The notes: generated by a model not told the origin, from the letters alone. DNA of 64,000 bases from Chiloscyllium plagiosum (GCF_004010195.1 NC_057714.1:10935028-10999027), one strand, 5' to 3'. Positions 12,183 through 25,260 are shown, counted from the stretch's first letter. Numbers and translations: made by a program.

Positions 12183-13872
12183 AAAATGTTTCTTACTAAT
12201 CTGGTTCACTCGACAAAACACAGAACAGGACAACACAAATAATGCAAGGAAGATACATATTTGTGACGTATCTTATTCTACGTTATTAAATTAACTTTTA
12301 GGAGACACAGTTACATTCACACAAAATCATTTTGGCATCATCAATAAGATGTGGACTTGATTCATGAGCAAACTAAAATCAAACAGCATCAACTCTCTTC
12401 AAGGAGATTGTTTCACATGCAATGCAATCTCTACCCTGGAAGAAAATATGCTTTAAAATTCAATTAGTCAATTGGCACTCCCGGAAATATTTAAATCTCA
12501 TCAAAACTTTTATTTTAAACAGATATATGAACGTGGTCACCCTACTCTCTCCAGTTGACTGCCTTGGGATGAGGCTGTACACATATCTAGACAGCAACCT
12601 TTGTGGTTTAACTCAATGGAATCTTGAGGAAAGCACGATCAACTGGCAGTTGTTCAATTATCCCATCAAGTGATTATTGGTTGATCAAACATTTAGTTTG
12701 TCTCTCCTCCTTTAATTGCTGATTTTCATGAAAAAATTCTTTCCCATATCAATTACAAAATTGTCCTTTACAAAACTGAAACTATATCATTTTAGCATCC
12801 TTCTATAGTTTACCATGCAGTCACACTCCAGTTTACTTCTTATTTCTGTGACATTCCCTCGGTCACCTTCTTTCAAGATTAAAGAGTCCCCACTTCTTTT
12901 TCAGGTCTGATAGGACTCTACCAGACAGTCAGCTGGGAAGGACTGAATGAAGTAAATGAGTAAATGGTTTTCCTTTCTGCTCCTTACAGTATGGTTTATG
13001 AACAGAATTAGCAAAGTCTTGGGAATAGGAAATCTGGACACACTGTTTATTGATGAAGGATAGTACATATACTTGGAACCAAGAATAAATATAGGTATAG
13101 ATAAGGGGAGGAGATAGGGAACAGACAGCAAGCGCTACTGTTTCACCCCTCCACTTCCCAGTAGTGGTAGTAGCAAATTGCATTCTGATATCACTAATAC
13201 CAAGAAGAACATGGGGACAGACAAGACTAGAAAACAGCATCCAACCCCATTGGTTGCACAAGAACAAAATATTATACAGCTGCAACTTTCAGGATTTAAG
13301 TTGATGAAACAAAATTCAGCATCATTTCGTCAATAGAATATTGTGCAAATACTAGGCGACAGGATACAAGTGACATTTTGTTTCCCATCAGCACAAACAG
13401 AAAAATGAAGCCAGCTTGGGATACCTAATTTAATAATTTAGTCCTTATGGGTTTCTTTTTGTGTAATATTGTGATGCACATTGCCTATGAGGACCAGGAA
13501 AAATCATCTTTTAAGCTTTTGACTCCAAATAATCAATTAAAGCAAAGAATACATACACAATTCATAATAAGTGAGTATAAATTCTTTGGAAGAGGAATAG
13601 GATTTCAAAATTAAACAAAATTATTATATTCATAAATGCATTCAAACTTATGATTTTACAACAAATTTTGCAATTGGAAAATTTGAAGCAGTCTACCAAC
13701 AGTAGTAAAGGATACTTAGCTTGCAATATCCTTTCTATTTGAAGCATGACTTGGTTCTCAAGGCATTTTCTCATCATTAAAACAATCAAAAGTGCTGAAT
13801 TTCATTGGATGTTTGTCAATAATTTAGAAACCTTCTGGATAGAGGCATTTCTTGCAATATTAAAATCACACT

Positions 13873-15580
13873 TAGTCATAGATTCATAGAGATGTACAGC
13901 ACAGAAACAGACCCTTTGGGTCTGTATTGATGATACAAATATCTCAGTAAGGGGCCCAGCAATCAATTCCCCAGCTTCCCACTGAGTTCTAGGATACACC
14001 TGATTAGGTCCTGGGGATTTATCGACTTATGTATTTCAAGACATCCAGCACTTCTTCCTCTGTAATACGGACATTTGTCAAGATGTCACCATCTATTTCC
14101 CTACATTCTATATCTTCCATGTCCTTTTCCACAGTAAGCACCGATGCAAAATATTCGTTTAGTATCACCACAATCTCCTGTGGCTCCACACAAAGGCCAT
14201 CTTACTGACTTTTGAGGGCCCTATTCTCTCCCTCGTTACCCTTTTGTCCTTAATGTGTTTGTAAAAACCTTTTGGATTCTCCTCAACTCTATTTGCCAAA
14301 ACAGTCTTATGTCACTGGCCCCAAAATGCTCCCCTACTGACACCTCAGTCACCTGCCCTGCCTCATTTTCCAAGAGTAGGTCAAGTTTTGCACCTTCTCT
14401 AGTAGGCACATCCACATACTGAATCATAAAATTTTCGTGAAAACCCTTAACAAATTCCTCTCCATCTAAATCCTTAACACTATGGCAGTCCCAGTTTGTG
14501 TCTGGAACGTTAAAATCCCCTACCATAACCACCATATTATTCTTACAGATTACTGAGATCTCCTTACAAATTTGTTTCTCAATTTCCTGTTGACGATGAT
14601 GGGGTCTATAATACAATCCCAATAAGGTGATTATCCCTTTCTTATTTCTCAGTTCCACCCAAATAACTTCCCAGGAATACCCTCCCTCAGTACAACTGTA
14701 ATGTTATCCCTTATCAAAAACACCACTCCCCCACCTCTCTTGCCTACCTTTTGGTCCTTCCTGTAGGATTTATATCCTGGAACATTAAACTGCCAGTCCT
14801 CTCCATCCCTGAGCCACATCTCTCTAACTGCTATGATATCCCAGTCCCATGTTCCTAACCATGCCCTGAGTTCATCTGCCTTCCCTGTTAGACCTCTTGC
14901 ATGGAAATAAATGCAGTTAAATTTATCAGTCCTATCTTGTTCTCTGCTTTGTCCCTGCCTGCCCTGAATGTTTGACCCATTTCTTTTCTCAACTGTACCA
15001 GTCTCAGATGGATCTCTTTCCTCACTACCTCCCTGTGTCCCACCCTCCACCCCCACCTTAATAGTTTAAATCCTCCAGAGCAGCTCTAGCAAATCTCCCT
15101 GCCAGTATATTAGCCCTCTTCCAATTCAGGTCCAATCCATCCTTCTTGTACAGGTCACTTCACCCCAGAAGAGATTCCAATGGTCCAAAAATGTGAATCT
15201 TTCTCCCATACACCAGCTCCTCAGCCTTGCATTCATCTGCTCTATCCTCCTATTCCTACCCTCACTAGCTTATAGCACAGGGAGTAATCCAGATAGTACT
15301 ACTCTAGAGGATCTCCTTTTTAAATTCCTGCCTAATTCTCTATAATCTCTCTTCAGAATCCCATCCTTTTCCCTTCCTATGTCGTTGGTTCCAATGTGTA
15401 CAATGACCTCCTGCTGGGCCCTCTCCCCACCTTGAGAACTTTCTGCACCCTCTCTGAGACATCCTTGATCCTGACATCAGGGAGGCAACACACCATTCTG
15501 CTTTTTTGCTGCTGGCCACAGAAACATCCATCTGTACCTTGGAACAGAGAGTCCCCTAACACAATTGGGCACTTACTATT
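13873..15580 (-). mobile_element. CR1/HER1 LINE: ORF1 esterase, APE endonuclease and linker, joined directly to a 3' tail (RT missing)
   Basis: ORF1 esterase motif IVLGDSL...MVCCLP. EN motifs FNCIYFHARGLTGKADELRAWL, VVMVGDFNVP, LDLLL and SD. Tail reverse complement tagtcatagattcatagagatgtacagcac at 13873-13921. Confidence 0.92.
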
Positions 15581-15670
15581 TTGGGATGGCAGGTATGTAA
15601 GATATTTGTGTGAACACTTGTGCATGTGAGTGAATGAGTGGAGTGAGTGCATGAGTGGAGCGAGTGTGGG

Positions 15671-15896
15671 AGGTAAATATAATGACTGCAGATGCTGGAA
15701 AGCAGAGTCTAGATTAGAGTGGTGCTGGAAAAGCACAGCAGGTCAGGCAGCGTCCAAGGAGCAGGAAAATAGACGTTTCGGGCAAAAGCCCTTCATCAGG
15801 AATAGATGAAGCGCTTTTGCCCAAAACGTCAATTTTCCTGCTCCTTGGACGCTGCCTGACCTGCTGTGCTTTTCCAGCACCACTCTGATCTAGACT
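15671..15896. mobile_element. Penelope-like inverted-repeat element, family A
   Basis: Inverted repeat 15706-15896. Intact minus-strand core CTGATGAAGGGCTTTTGCCCGAAACGTC at 15772-15799; the plus-strand copy is degenerate. Confidence 0.85.
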
Positions 15897-17237
15897 AATG
15901 TAAGCGAGAGAGTCAGGAAGCGAGACTGCAAGTGTGACGGTGGAGGGGGGGGGTGGGGGCAGTGGAAAAGAGGAGATGGTCAGCCACCAATCTTTGTCCT
16001 TAATACTGACTTTTTTTTTTAAAAAGACCAGCCTTAACTATTTACCTCATTATCTTTGTTTCTGCTCAATATTGGTGTCTAAAAAAGTTTGATATCAACT
16101 TCAAAATAATTTACATTACATAAATCTTGAATAATTCTGGTTTATCTAATTATTTTGTACAATAAATTACTCATTTCCAGAAAGATTTTTGCTCTTTGCA
16201 GTTACGATGCCATATTTATGTAAACTTCACAGCGAGTTCATGGATGTTCAGGCAAAACTGATGAATATTGAACAGAGCCAATGAAACAACAGCAGTTTCA
16301 CAAAAGTAGGTCCCTTACTAAAATGACATAATGCCTTTAGCCCATAATGAGGATTAATCTTTTTTTGGCCAACAGCTTGCGAAATAACCACACTGCAAAC
16401 CACTCCTCTCGAAAATTCTCCAGTTTTAGGCAAAACAGGAAACAGTATCATTTTTGTTCAAGCTTGCCATAGCTCTGGTGCCAAAGAATGCGCACTCCAT
16501 AACACAGGATTCAATAGTTTATGGGGAATCAGCTGCTTTTTTTAATTACTGCATGTGGACAACATTTGGAGGAATGCTATAGTCGTATTGGTTTCTTAAG
16601 AGAAAGCTTTCCCACAAATATGGTGACTTTTGCGCAATATACTTTCTCAACCTGCAGCCATCTCTCACCCTCACTTTAAACCACTAATCGCACAAAGTAA
16701 TAACAAATTAAGTGAGTTGGCAAATCCAAAATCCTCTCTCAAAGAACTGTCGCAGTACAATACCAACCGGGTGGTTACATACGGTCAATAATGAAGGAGA
16801 AAGAAAGAAATATATCAGAGAATGCTAAATGTACCTTAAGTAAAAATGATTTTTAAATTTCTTTTAATGGTCACTTCATTAGATTTTGGCCTGGTATTTA
16901 GGTGCAGCAGTTAAATTATGTTGTATTCCTTCTGAAACAGGTGGATGAGGAGAGGAAGGAAGGAAACTAGCTGGAAGGATTTTAAGAATCAGTCACAGAT
17001 GACAGAAAGCATACTCCTGGAGGTGGGGTGGGAGACATACCACAAGCTCAAATGGCCAACAAACAATTCAATGAGTTAACCTTTAACAGCACTGAGTGGC
17101 TTCAGATAAAAGCAAATTACAGCAGGAAGTCTGAAATAAAAACAAAGTGATGGAGAAACTGATTGATTTTAAAGTCAGTACAAAATCAATGTCTTGAAAG
17201 ATTGAAATGTAGAACCACAAAAACATATTCCACAGGA

Positions 17238-17664
17238 TTTGGAGATGCCAGTCCTGGACTGGGGTGTACAAAGTTAAAAATCACACACCAGGTTATAGTC
17301 CAACAGGTTTAATTGGAAGCACACTAGCTTTCAGAGCTCCACTCCTTCATCAGGTGGTTGTGGAGGACACAATTGTAAGACAGAATTTATAGCAAAAGTT
17401 TAGAGTGTAATGTAACTGAAATTATATATTGAAAAATACCTTAATTATTTGTTGAGTCTTTCATCGGTTCGAATACCATGATAGTTTCACTTTTTTGATG
17501 TGTAAATCACAATTTTTTTTAAAAAAGTTGCATTCTCAGGTTAACTGTAACAATTGGTGTTAGCTAGACAATATGTTGAAGGTGTTAGCCCCATTTAGAT
17601 TTTTAGATTGATTCTAATCTAAAAAGTGAGATAACAGAGTTTTACATGAATTCATGCATTCATA
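17238..17664 (-). mobile_element. Penelope-like element fragment, family B
   Basis: Minus-strand CTGATGAAGGAGTGGAGCTCTGAAAGCTA at 17325-17353. 13-bp TSD atattccacagga (17225-17237 and 17665-17677). Homologous to 39655-40229. Confidence 0.85.
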
Positions 17665-17789
17665 ATATTCCACAGGAGGTGGCAAAGGTGCAGCATTTCA
17701 ATTCCCAATGCTCAGTCAAAATAATTTTCCTCTCCTCCCCTCTTGACATTTTCCTCATAATTTTGGATGCTTGTAGTTATTAATCCAAA

Positions 17790-17970
17790 TCAAAGGCAAT
17801 TATTCCCCATTTACTGTTTCAAAACCTTGCATTATCTCAAACATTGATAGTTATCTTTAAACCTTTTCTGTTCCAAGGAAAACAACCTTAACTTTCCCAA
17901 AGTTATTCTCATTGTCCTTCATCTCTGGCAGCATCCTGGCAAAACTCTCATGCACTATTTTGAAGACTTT
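17790..17970 (-). mobile_element. Highly decayed CR1 ORF2 C-terminal fragment
   Basis: The reverse complement resembles the RMLP...LFSLE region (ccttttctgttccaaggaaaacaacc, ctggcagcatcctggc). Confidence 0.55.
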
Positions 17971-18001
17971 TAGTCAAAAAACAAGGTATCATAACAAACA
18001 T

Positions 18002-18535
18002 CGGCCAGAATTCTGTTGCTGCAGTAGCAGCTCCAAAGAAAGAGTCAGAGATGCCACCTTGGCCTTTTGGAGAACCCCAGCGATATGGTTTAGCCATACA
18101 GCAAAAGAGCTGTCCCATCCCCTTGAAGGGTAAGCACCAGCCTCAAGAGTTGCCAATCTTTTGCAGTGTATCTGGAAGCACTGGCTACTGCTGGTACTAT
18201 GCCTTGCTGTCAGGCAGGTCCTGAAAGAGGCAAGGGGGTTGTGGTTCTGGCAATGGTAGGACCACAGGAGTGGACTTGGGTATGTGGGGAGCAATTACTG
18301 CCAGTAAACCACAGAGTACCCTCTTAGGAGAGATACCCCACCAACAAGCTTATAGAGAGGTTGTCAGAGGGCAGCCATCAATGGAATAAAATATCAAGAG
18401 CAGCAGGAAGAAATCTTCAATCAGTCTGAACAGGTGATCAGCCCTTCATGTCCTCATTGTTGGTGAAATGACTCACCAACTTCCCTCACTACTCAATGGA
18501 TCCCTCCCTGACTTCATCCCCATAAAATTCAACCC
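18002..18535. mobile_element. Possible ancient non-autonomous DNA transposon remnant (Harbinger-type termini)
   Basis: GC-richer block bounded by ggccagaattct and aaaattcaaccc, imperfect inverted termini. No intact TSD. Confidence 0.3.
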
Positions 18536-19066
18536 AATAAAGACTAAATTTTATTGGAATGAACACACTTTGTTTTGATTTCAGTTCAATAGTGAATGTG
18601 TATTGCATTATTTAAGCTCCGTCTATCCAATGAGATTTGGAGTAAAAGTCCTTTCTAGCTGGGCCAGATAGACAGAACACATCCCAAAGTAACATTACCT
18701 AAAAGTGAAAAATAATTAATTTGTCCCTCGTTCATTTGCTATTCAAACACCGCCTGTTTTTCACACCTGCTAAAGCATTTACTCTATTCAATAGGAATCT
18801 AAAGGTCATTAAGTAATTGATGTCATCCCCCAATGCAACAACCATCGAACTTGAACCAATAATCCAGTGAAAGTAAGAACATAGGTCATTAAGCACTGGG
18901 TGAAGAGTGTACAGACTTTTTGGCCTATGAAGAAATGGGGAGCAAAGAGCTGCACAAGCTCAAAGTATGAAAGAGCATTTCAGCAGAACTAGGATCAGAA
19001 GCAAGCTAAGTTATGGAAGTGGAAATAGGCAGTCATTATGCTTGGCAGAGATGTATCCAAACTCAC

Positions 19067-19203
19067 CTCTACGTTTCCTGCGATTTTTTTTACTGTTACA
19101 TGTACGGCACCCAACTCACGCTTAAGACAAGGATGCATCTCAAAGCTCCTCACTTGCTGCAGCATCTCTGCCTCAGCTTACCTGACCTTTTTGTGCTTTG
19201 CAT
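19067..19203 (-). CDS. Candidate alternative first exon with two possible donors
   Basis: ATG at 19203 gives MQSTKRS(x) ending CAG|GTAAGC at 19182 (phase 1). ATG at 19165 gives MLQQVRSFEMHPCLKRELGAVHVTVKKIAGNVE ending GAG|GTGAGT at 19067 (phase 0). Unique sequence. Confidence 0.35.
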
Positions 19204-19644
19204 CCTTCAGCCAAAGTTTAAGGCTCACAGTCCTACGGACTTGATTTGCCTTTTAGAACAGATGTGCAGTTGTTGTGCAACTGTTAACATGTTTAAGCTA
19301 TAGAGTCAAGTTGTAATTCAATCTATGGAAGCTCAGTCCTGATGGGCTTGATGGTGCCTAATTAAGTCATCCATAATCACATGAAATGCAATGCAGAGCC
19401 CAACTGTTTGGGAGGCAAATCCTGGCTGCATGCAACCTCGATCATGTCACTGGTCATTTCAGAGTGAAAAATAGTAATTTCTAAGAAGAAGTGTTCACTG
19501 ACAACAGTAAAAGTAGCATCTGCAGATCAATAATTGACCAAAATAATTCAAGATTTAATATGGCTGCACAGAGTTGATTTAATCTCATCTAAGTACTTGC
19601 CAACCTGTTCTTACATACAATACTGCCTTTTTTTTTGAGAGAAC

Positions 19645-21016
19645 CAATTTGTAAATAATCCAACTTGGGCAGGGACCATACTGGACCTGTTATTAGGGAA
19701 ATAAGCCCAGTCAGGGGATTGAAGTCTTTTTTTGGGGGGGGGGCGTATTTTGGGGATACTGATCATAATTCTGTAAATTTTATGTTGCTTATGGATATAT
19801 TGTGGTATGCATAAAATGACATATTATGGTACATAAGTCTTTGAAATTTGGATCACACAGAATGGTTAAGGTGGCATTTAAGCACGCTTGCCTTCATTGC
19901 TCAGACCTTTGAGAGGTGGAGTTGGGACGCCATGTTGACGTTGGACAGGAGATTGGTGAGACTCCTTCTGGAGTATTGTGCAATTCTGCTTGCCCTGGTA
20001 TAGGAAGGATATTAATAAACTAGAGACGGTTCAGAAAAGATTTACCAGGATATTGCCAGGAAGGGAGGGTTTGTGTTCTAAAAATAGTTGGATAGGGTGG
20101 GACTTTTCTCTTCTACTAGAGCATAGAAGGTTGAGGGGTAACCTTATAGAGATTTATAAAATTGTAAGGGGCATAGAGAAGGTGATTAGCAAGAATATAG
20201 AAAAAAACCACCTTAGTTGTTTTACCGAAGGTGGGGGAGCTCAAAACTAGGGGCATATTTTTAAGGCGATGGGAGAAAGATTTTAAAATGACATGGGGGC
20301 ATTTTTTTTTAGTGTTTAGTGTGTGGAATGAACTGCCAAAGGAAGTGATGGATGCAGGTACATTAATAATGTTTAAAAGATATTTGGATAAGTACGTGAA
20401 TAAGGAAGGTTTGGAAGGATGTGGGCTAAGCACAGGCTGGTGAAACTAGATTAATTTGGGAATGTTTTCTGCATGAGCTAGCTGGACTGAAATGTCTGCT
20501 TCAATGCTGTTTGACTCTATAAAGATAGGAGTAGTCCTCAGGTGAAAGTACCAAATTAGGGGAAGGCTAACTACTACAATATCAGGCAAAAACTGGGGAA
20601 TGTAGATTGTGGGTATCTAGCAAGTGGGAATCTTTTAAAAGCCAATTGATTAGAGTTGTGGACCAGCTTGTTCCTGTGAAAATGAAGGATTAGGATGACA
20701 AGATTCAGGAACCTTGGATGACAACAGAAATTAAGGGATTAGTCAAAAAGAAAGGCATACATAAGGGTTTAGGAAACTTGAAGACAGACAGAGGCCTTGA
20801 AGAGTACACAAAGATACAAGCAAAGAACTCAAACAAGGAACTAGGAGAGCCAAAAGGGGCCATGAAATGTCTTCGGAAAACAGGGTTAAGGAAAATCTAA
20901 GATATTTTATACGCTTATAAGGAGCAAGATGGTTAACCGTTCAATGGCAAAGGAGGAAATTTATGCATGGAGCCAAAGGAAATGGAGGAGGTCCTTAACA
21001 AATACTTTGCATCAGT
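19645..21016 (+). mobile_element. CR1 LINE EN/linker fragment with a CR1 3' fragment (~19800-20520) inserted in it
   Basis: Host: ILDLLLG and DHN at 19680-19770, resuming at 20521. Insert: QFCLPWYRKDINKLETVQKRFTRILPG, ending gctgtttgactctat. Confidence 0.82.
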
Positions 21017-21017
21017 A

Positions 21018-21075
21018 CAGGTAGTTCTCCTATAACACGTGTTTCATAAACACGATTTGACTAATTTAATTTGTG
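21018..21075 (+). mobile_element. Truncated end of a Tc1/mariner-Tigger-type MITE
   Basis: TA|caggtagttctcctataacacg resembles the TIR of the MITE at 42966-43184. The second TIR is missing. Confidence 0.45.
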
Positions 21076-21099
21076 AATTGCAGACATTTTTTTTTATAA

Positions 21100-21130
21100 G
21101 TGTGTGTGTGTGCGCGCGCGCGCGTGTGTG
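21100..21130. repeat. (TG)n(CG)n(TG)n compound microsatellite
   Basis: gtgtgtgtgtgtgcgcgcgcgcgcgtgtgtg, 31 bp of alternating purine-pyrimidine. Confidence 0.95.
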
Positions 21131-21515
21131 AGAGAACTTAGAGAGATCTACGCGTACAGGTCCACACTTCCCTGAAAGTGGCAACACAAGTAAATTAGGT
21201 GGGCAAGAAGGCATATGGCATGCTTGCCTTCATCTGTCAGAGTGTGGAATATAAAAATGAGAAAGTCATGTTGCAGCTATGTAGAACTTTAGTTAGGCCA
21301 CATTTGGAATACTGCATACAGCTTTAGCTGTCACATTACCAGTAGGATGTGGAGTCTTTGGAGATGGTACAGAAATAGTTGACCAGGACATTGCCTAGTT
21401 TGGAGGGTATTAGCTATGAGGAGAGGTTGAATAACTTGGTTTGTTTAGATTGAATGTCGAAGGGTGAAGGGTGACCTGATAGAAGTTTACAAAATTATGA
21501 GGGGCATGGATAGAA

Positions 21516-24165
21516 TAGAACATAGAACATAGAAAAAACAGCACAGAACAGGCCCTTCAGCCCAAGATGTTGTGCCAAGGATTATTCCTAATCTAAAATA
21601 ACCTCACCAATGCACCCCTCAATTCACTGCTGTCCATGTGCATGTCCAGCAGTCACTTAAATGTCCCCAATGACTCTGCTTCCACCACCACTGCTGGCAA
21701 TGGATTCCATGCATTCACAACTCTCTGCGTAAAGAACCTTCCTACTAATATCTTCAAACTATGACCCCTTGTGCCAGTCAATCCTGCCCTGGGGAAAAGT
21801 CTCTAGCTATTGATTCTATCTATGACTCTCATTACCTCGCATACCTCAATCAGGTCACCTCTCTTCCTCCTCCTCTCCAGAGAGAAAAGTCCAAGCTTAG
21901 TCAACCTCTCTTCATAAGACAAGCCCTCCAGTCCAGGAAGCATCCTAGTAAACCTTCTTTGCACCCTCTTCAAAGCCTCCGTATCTTTCCTATAATAGGG
22001 CGACTAGAACTGGACACAATATTCCAAGTGTGGTCTCACCAGGGTCTTGTAGAGCTGCAGCAAACCCTCGCAGCTCTTAAACTCGATCCCCCTGTTAATG
22101 AAAGCCAAAACACCATATGCTTTCTTAACAACCCTATTCACTTGGGTGACAACTTTGAGGGATCTATGCACTTGAACACCAAGATCCCTGTGTTCCTCCA
22201 CACTACCAAGAATCCTGTCTTTAATCCTATATTCAGCATTCAAGTTCGACCTTCAAAAATGCATCACTTTGCATTGATCCAGGTTGAACTCAGCCCAGCT
22301 CTGCATCCTGTCTATTTCACACTGCAGCCTGCAATAGCCCTCGATACTATCAACGGCACCGCCAACCTTTGTGTCATCAGCAAATTTACTAACACACCCC
22401 TCAACCTCCTCATCCAAGTCATTTATAAAAACTACGAAGAGCAGAGGCCCTAAAACAGAGCCCTGTGGGACGCCACTCACCACTGACCCCCCCAGACAGA
22501 ATACTTTCCATCTACAACCACTCTCTGCCTTCTGTCAGCCAACCAATTCTGAATCCAGACAGTCAAATCTCCCTGTATCTCACACCTCCTGACTTTATGA
22601 ATGAGCCTATCATGGGGAACCTTGTCAAATGCCTTGCTGAACTCCATATATATCACTTTCATTGACCAGTCTCGTCACCTCCTCAAAGAACTCAATAAGA
22701 TTTAGAGATGTACAGCATGGAAACAGACTCTTCAGTCCAACTCATTCATGCCGACCCAGATATCCTTACCTAATCTAGTTCCATTTGCCAGCACCTGGCT
22801 CATATCTCTCCAAACCCTTCCTATTCATATACCCATCCAGATGCTTTTTAAATGTTGCAATTGTACCAGCCTCCACCACTTCCTCTGGCAGCTCATTCCA
22901 TACACATACTACCCTCTGTGTGAAAAGGTCGCCCCTTAGATCCCTTTTATATCCTTCCCCTCTCACTCTAAATCTATGCCCTCTAGTTCTGGATTCCCCA
23001 CCCCAGGGAAATGACCTTGTCTATTTACTCTATCCATGCCCCTCATAATTTTATAAACCCCTACAAAGGTCCCCCTCAGCCTCTAACGCTCTAGGGAAAA
23101 CAGCCTCAGCCTATTCAGCCTCTCCCTGTAGCTCAAACCTTCCAACCCTGGCAACATCCTTGCAAATCTTTTCTGAACCCTTTCACGTTTCACAACATCC
23201 CCTCGATAGGAAGATCAGAACTGCACGCAATATTCCAAAGCAGCCTAACCAACGTCAAGATTTGAGGTGGGACCTGTCCCTCACAAATCCATGCTGACTG
23301 CCTTTAATCACGCTATGCTTTTCCAAATAGTCATATATCCTATCCCTGAGAATTTTTTCCAAAACTTTGCTGACCACAGACGTAAGACTGACTGCTCTGT
23401 AACTGCCAGGGATTTCCCTGTTCCCCATCTTGAAAAGACGAACAACATTCGCCTCTCTCCAATCCTCCGGTACGACTCCTGTGGAGAGTGAGGAAGCAAA
23501 GATCTTTGCCAGCGGCTTAGCAATCTTCTTTCTCACTTCCCGGAGCAGCCTAGGATGAATCTAGTCTGGCCCTGGGGACTTATCAATCTTAATGTTTGCC
23601 AAAATTTCCAGCACATCAACTTCACCAATCTTGATCTGTTCAAGCCTGTTTCCCAGCTCCTCAAAGTTCTCATTCACAACAAGGTCCCTTTCCTTAATGA
23701 AAACCGAAGCAAAAAACTCATTTAGGGCTTCCCCTATCTCTTTCAGACTCCACACACAAGTTCCCTGTGCTATCTTTGACCGGCCCTATCTTCTCTTTGA
23801 TCATTCTCTTATTCCCTCACGTATGAGTAAAATGCCTTTGGGTTTTCCCTAATCCTTCCTGCCAAGTCTTTTTTGGGTCCACTCCTGGCTCCCCTCCCTC
23901 CATTTCTGAGCTCCCTTATAGTAAGCGTGTAATCCTCTAAATCTGTGCTTAGATCCTTGCTTCCTCCACCTTACGGAAGCTGCCTTCTTCCTTTTTATGA
24001 GAAGCTGCTCTGTTCTCGTCATCCAAGGCTCCATAATCTTATCCCTTCTTGCCTGCCTCAGAAGAACAAATTTGTGCATCACTCGCAACAACTGTTCCTT
24101 AAACAATCTCCACATATCTGCTGTGCCCTTTCTATGGAACAATTGCTCCCAATCTGTACTTATGT
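21516..24165 (-). mobile_element. CR1 LINE (linker, RT, 3' tail), family with a (TTCTATG)n tail
   Basis: Minus-strand ORFs [43 protein letters not shown] and LYKTLVRPHLEYCVQFW. Tail reverse complement tagaacatagaacatagaa at ~21516. Confidence 0.93.
22704..23256 (-). mobile_element. HER1 LINE 3' fragment inserted in the RT of the 21516-24165 element
   Basis: FTQRVVCVWNELPEEVVEAG and a 3' tail, flanked by a short direct repeat aagattt (22697-22703 and 23257-23263). Confidence 0.9.
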
Positions 24166-24659
24166 GCAATTAGATCTATAATTGGAGTCTTTTTTTCCCA
24201 GGGTAGAAATGACAATTACCAGCGACATAGGTTGAAGATAAAAGGAGCTAAATTTAAAGGAGATGGGAGAAGCAAGTTTTTTTCTTAAAACACAGAGTGA
24301 TAGGTGCCTGGGAAATGCTACCAGAGAAGGTGGTGTAGGCAAATATAAAAGCAACATTTAAGAGGCAGGGAATAGAGGGATGTAGACTGTGGAGTGTCAA
24401 AAGGTTTTTAGTTTAGAAAGGCACCACATGTTGGTGCAGAGTTTGTGGGTTGAAGGGCCTCTTCCTTTGCTGTACTGTTTTTTGTTCTTCGAAGTGTGAG
24501 CAATAAATCCAGCCACAGCAGGGCCTATTATTGCTGTTGCCATAATATGACAAAGGTGCAGAAAAATGGAGGAGGAATTGATGTGCTAGCAAGCCAGGTC
24601 CAGCAGCAACCTCCAGGGGCTGCTGGACAGCCTCCACATGACGAGGAGGCAGCTGAAGA

Positions 24660-25260
24660 TTCCGTTCAAATGCACAAATCCACAGAATTAGGATGGCGCA
24701 GAACACAATCACAGAATTGTGCCAACTGCTGGACCCAGATCTGCGTGGCATCTCACAACCTTTATACCACATATGTATCCGGGGAGTTACCAATGCAACT
24801 TGTGCCAGATCACACCACTTGATCTTGTTTCCCTGTGACGAGGTCAGTGCAGCAGCCTGGGCAGTAGAGCTGGCCTCCCCCAGGTGTAGTGCACTATAGA
24901 CTTTGTACACGTTGCATTGAAAGCGTAGCACAGCTAACACTGAATATGAAAAAAATTCAATTCCATTAACATGCAAGTCATCTGTAATCATCAGTACCAA
25001 ATCTTCAAAGTCTTTGCTAGGAGCTGCGTGGACATCGATATCCTTGATAACTCTCAGGTTCCTGCTTCTTATGCAACTCTCCAATTGAGACAGAGTAGAT
25101 ATAATGCGGCCCACTCTTCAACCAGGGCAAATGATAGGTTTGCTGAAAATGAGATTCTGATGCTTCAAATCGATTCTTGAGGGGCGGGGGGGTCATGACC
25201 CAGAGATGGTTTGCCACATAACCCTGGCATACTGTGCTCTGTAAAACTGCGTGGGAAAAG
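24660..25260 (+). pseudogene. Fossil PIF/Harbinger (HARBI1-like) DDE transposase, internally deleted
   Basis: Collinear motifs TITELCQLLDPDL, GISQ..HICIRGVTNA..ARSHHLILFPCDE, IDFVHVALKA, SINMQVICNHQYQIFKVFAR, DILDNSQVP, RYNAAHSSTR, MRF*C and CAL*N. These parallel HARBI1 GISQ..CVANVTEAL..IRFPADE, DCIHVAIKAP, HSLN, RYNMAHSAT, RFRCL and CCVLHN. Confidence 0.8.

Larger units (their letters stand above)
21135..24490 (+). mobile_element. CR1 LINE 3' portion split by a nested opposite-strand CR1 (host parts ~21135-21515 and ~24170-24490)
   Basis: TLVRPHLEYCIQL and GDLIEVYKIMRGMDR before 21516. Resumes with FFPRV and WEMLPE, then the 3' UTR ggttgaagggcctcttcctttgctgtactg. Confidence 0.82.

Noticed and set aside
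21761-22453. 230-aa plus-strand ORF
   Set aside because: Antisense shadow of CR1 reverse transcriptase; the same applies to 36941-37453 and similar ORFs.
24413-25114. Longest ORF in the window (233 aa, minus strand) as a novel gene
   Set aside because: It is antisense to the Harbinger transposase relic, runs into a CR1 3' UTR and has no recognisable motif.
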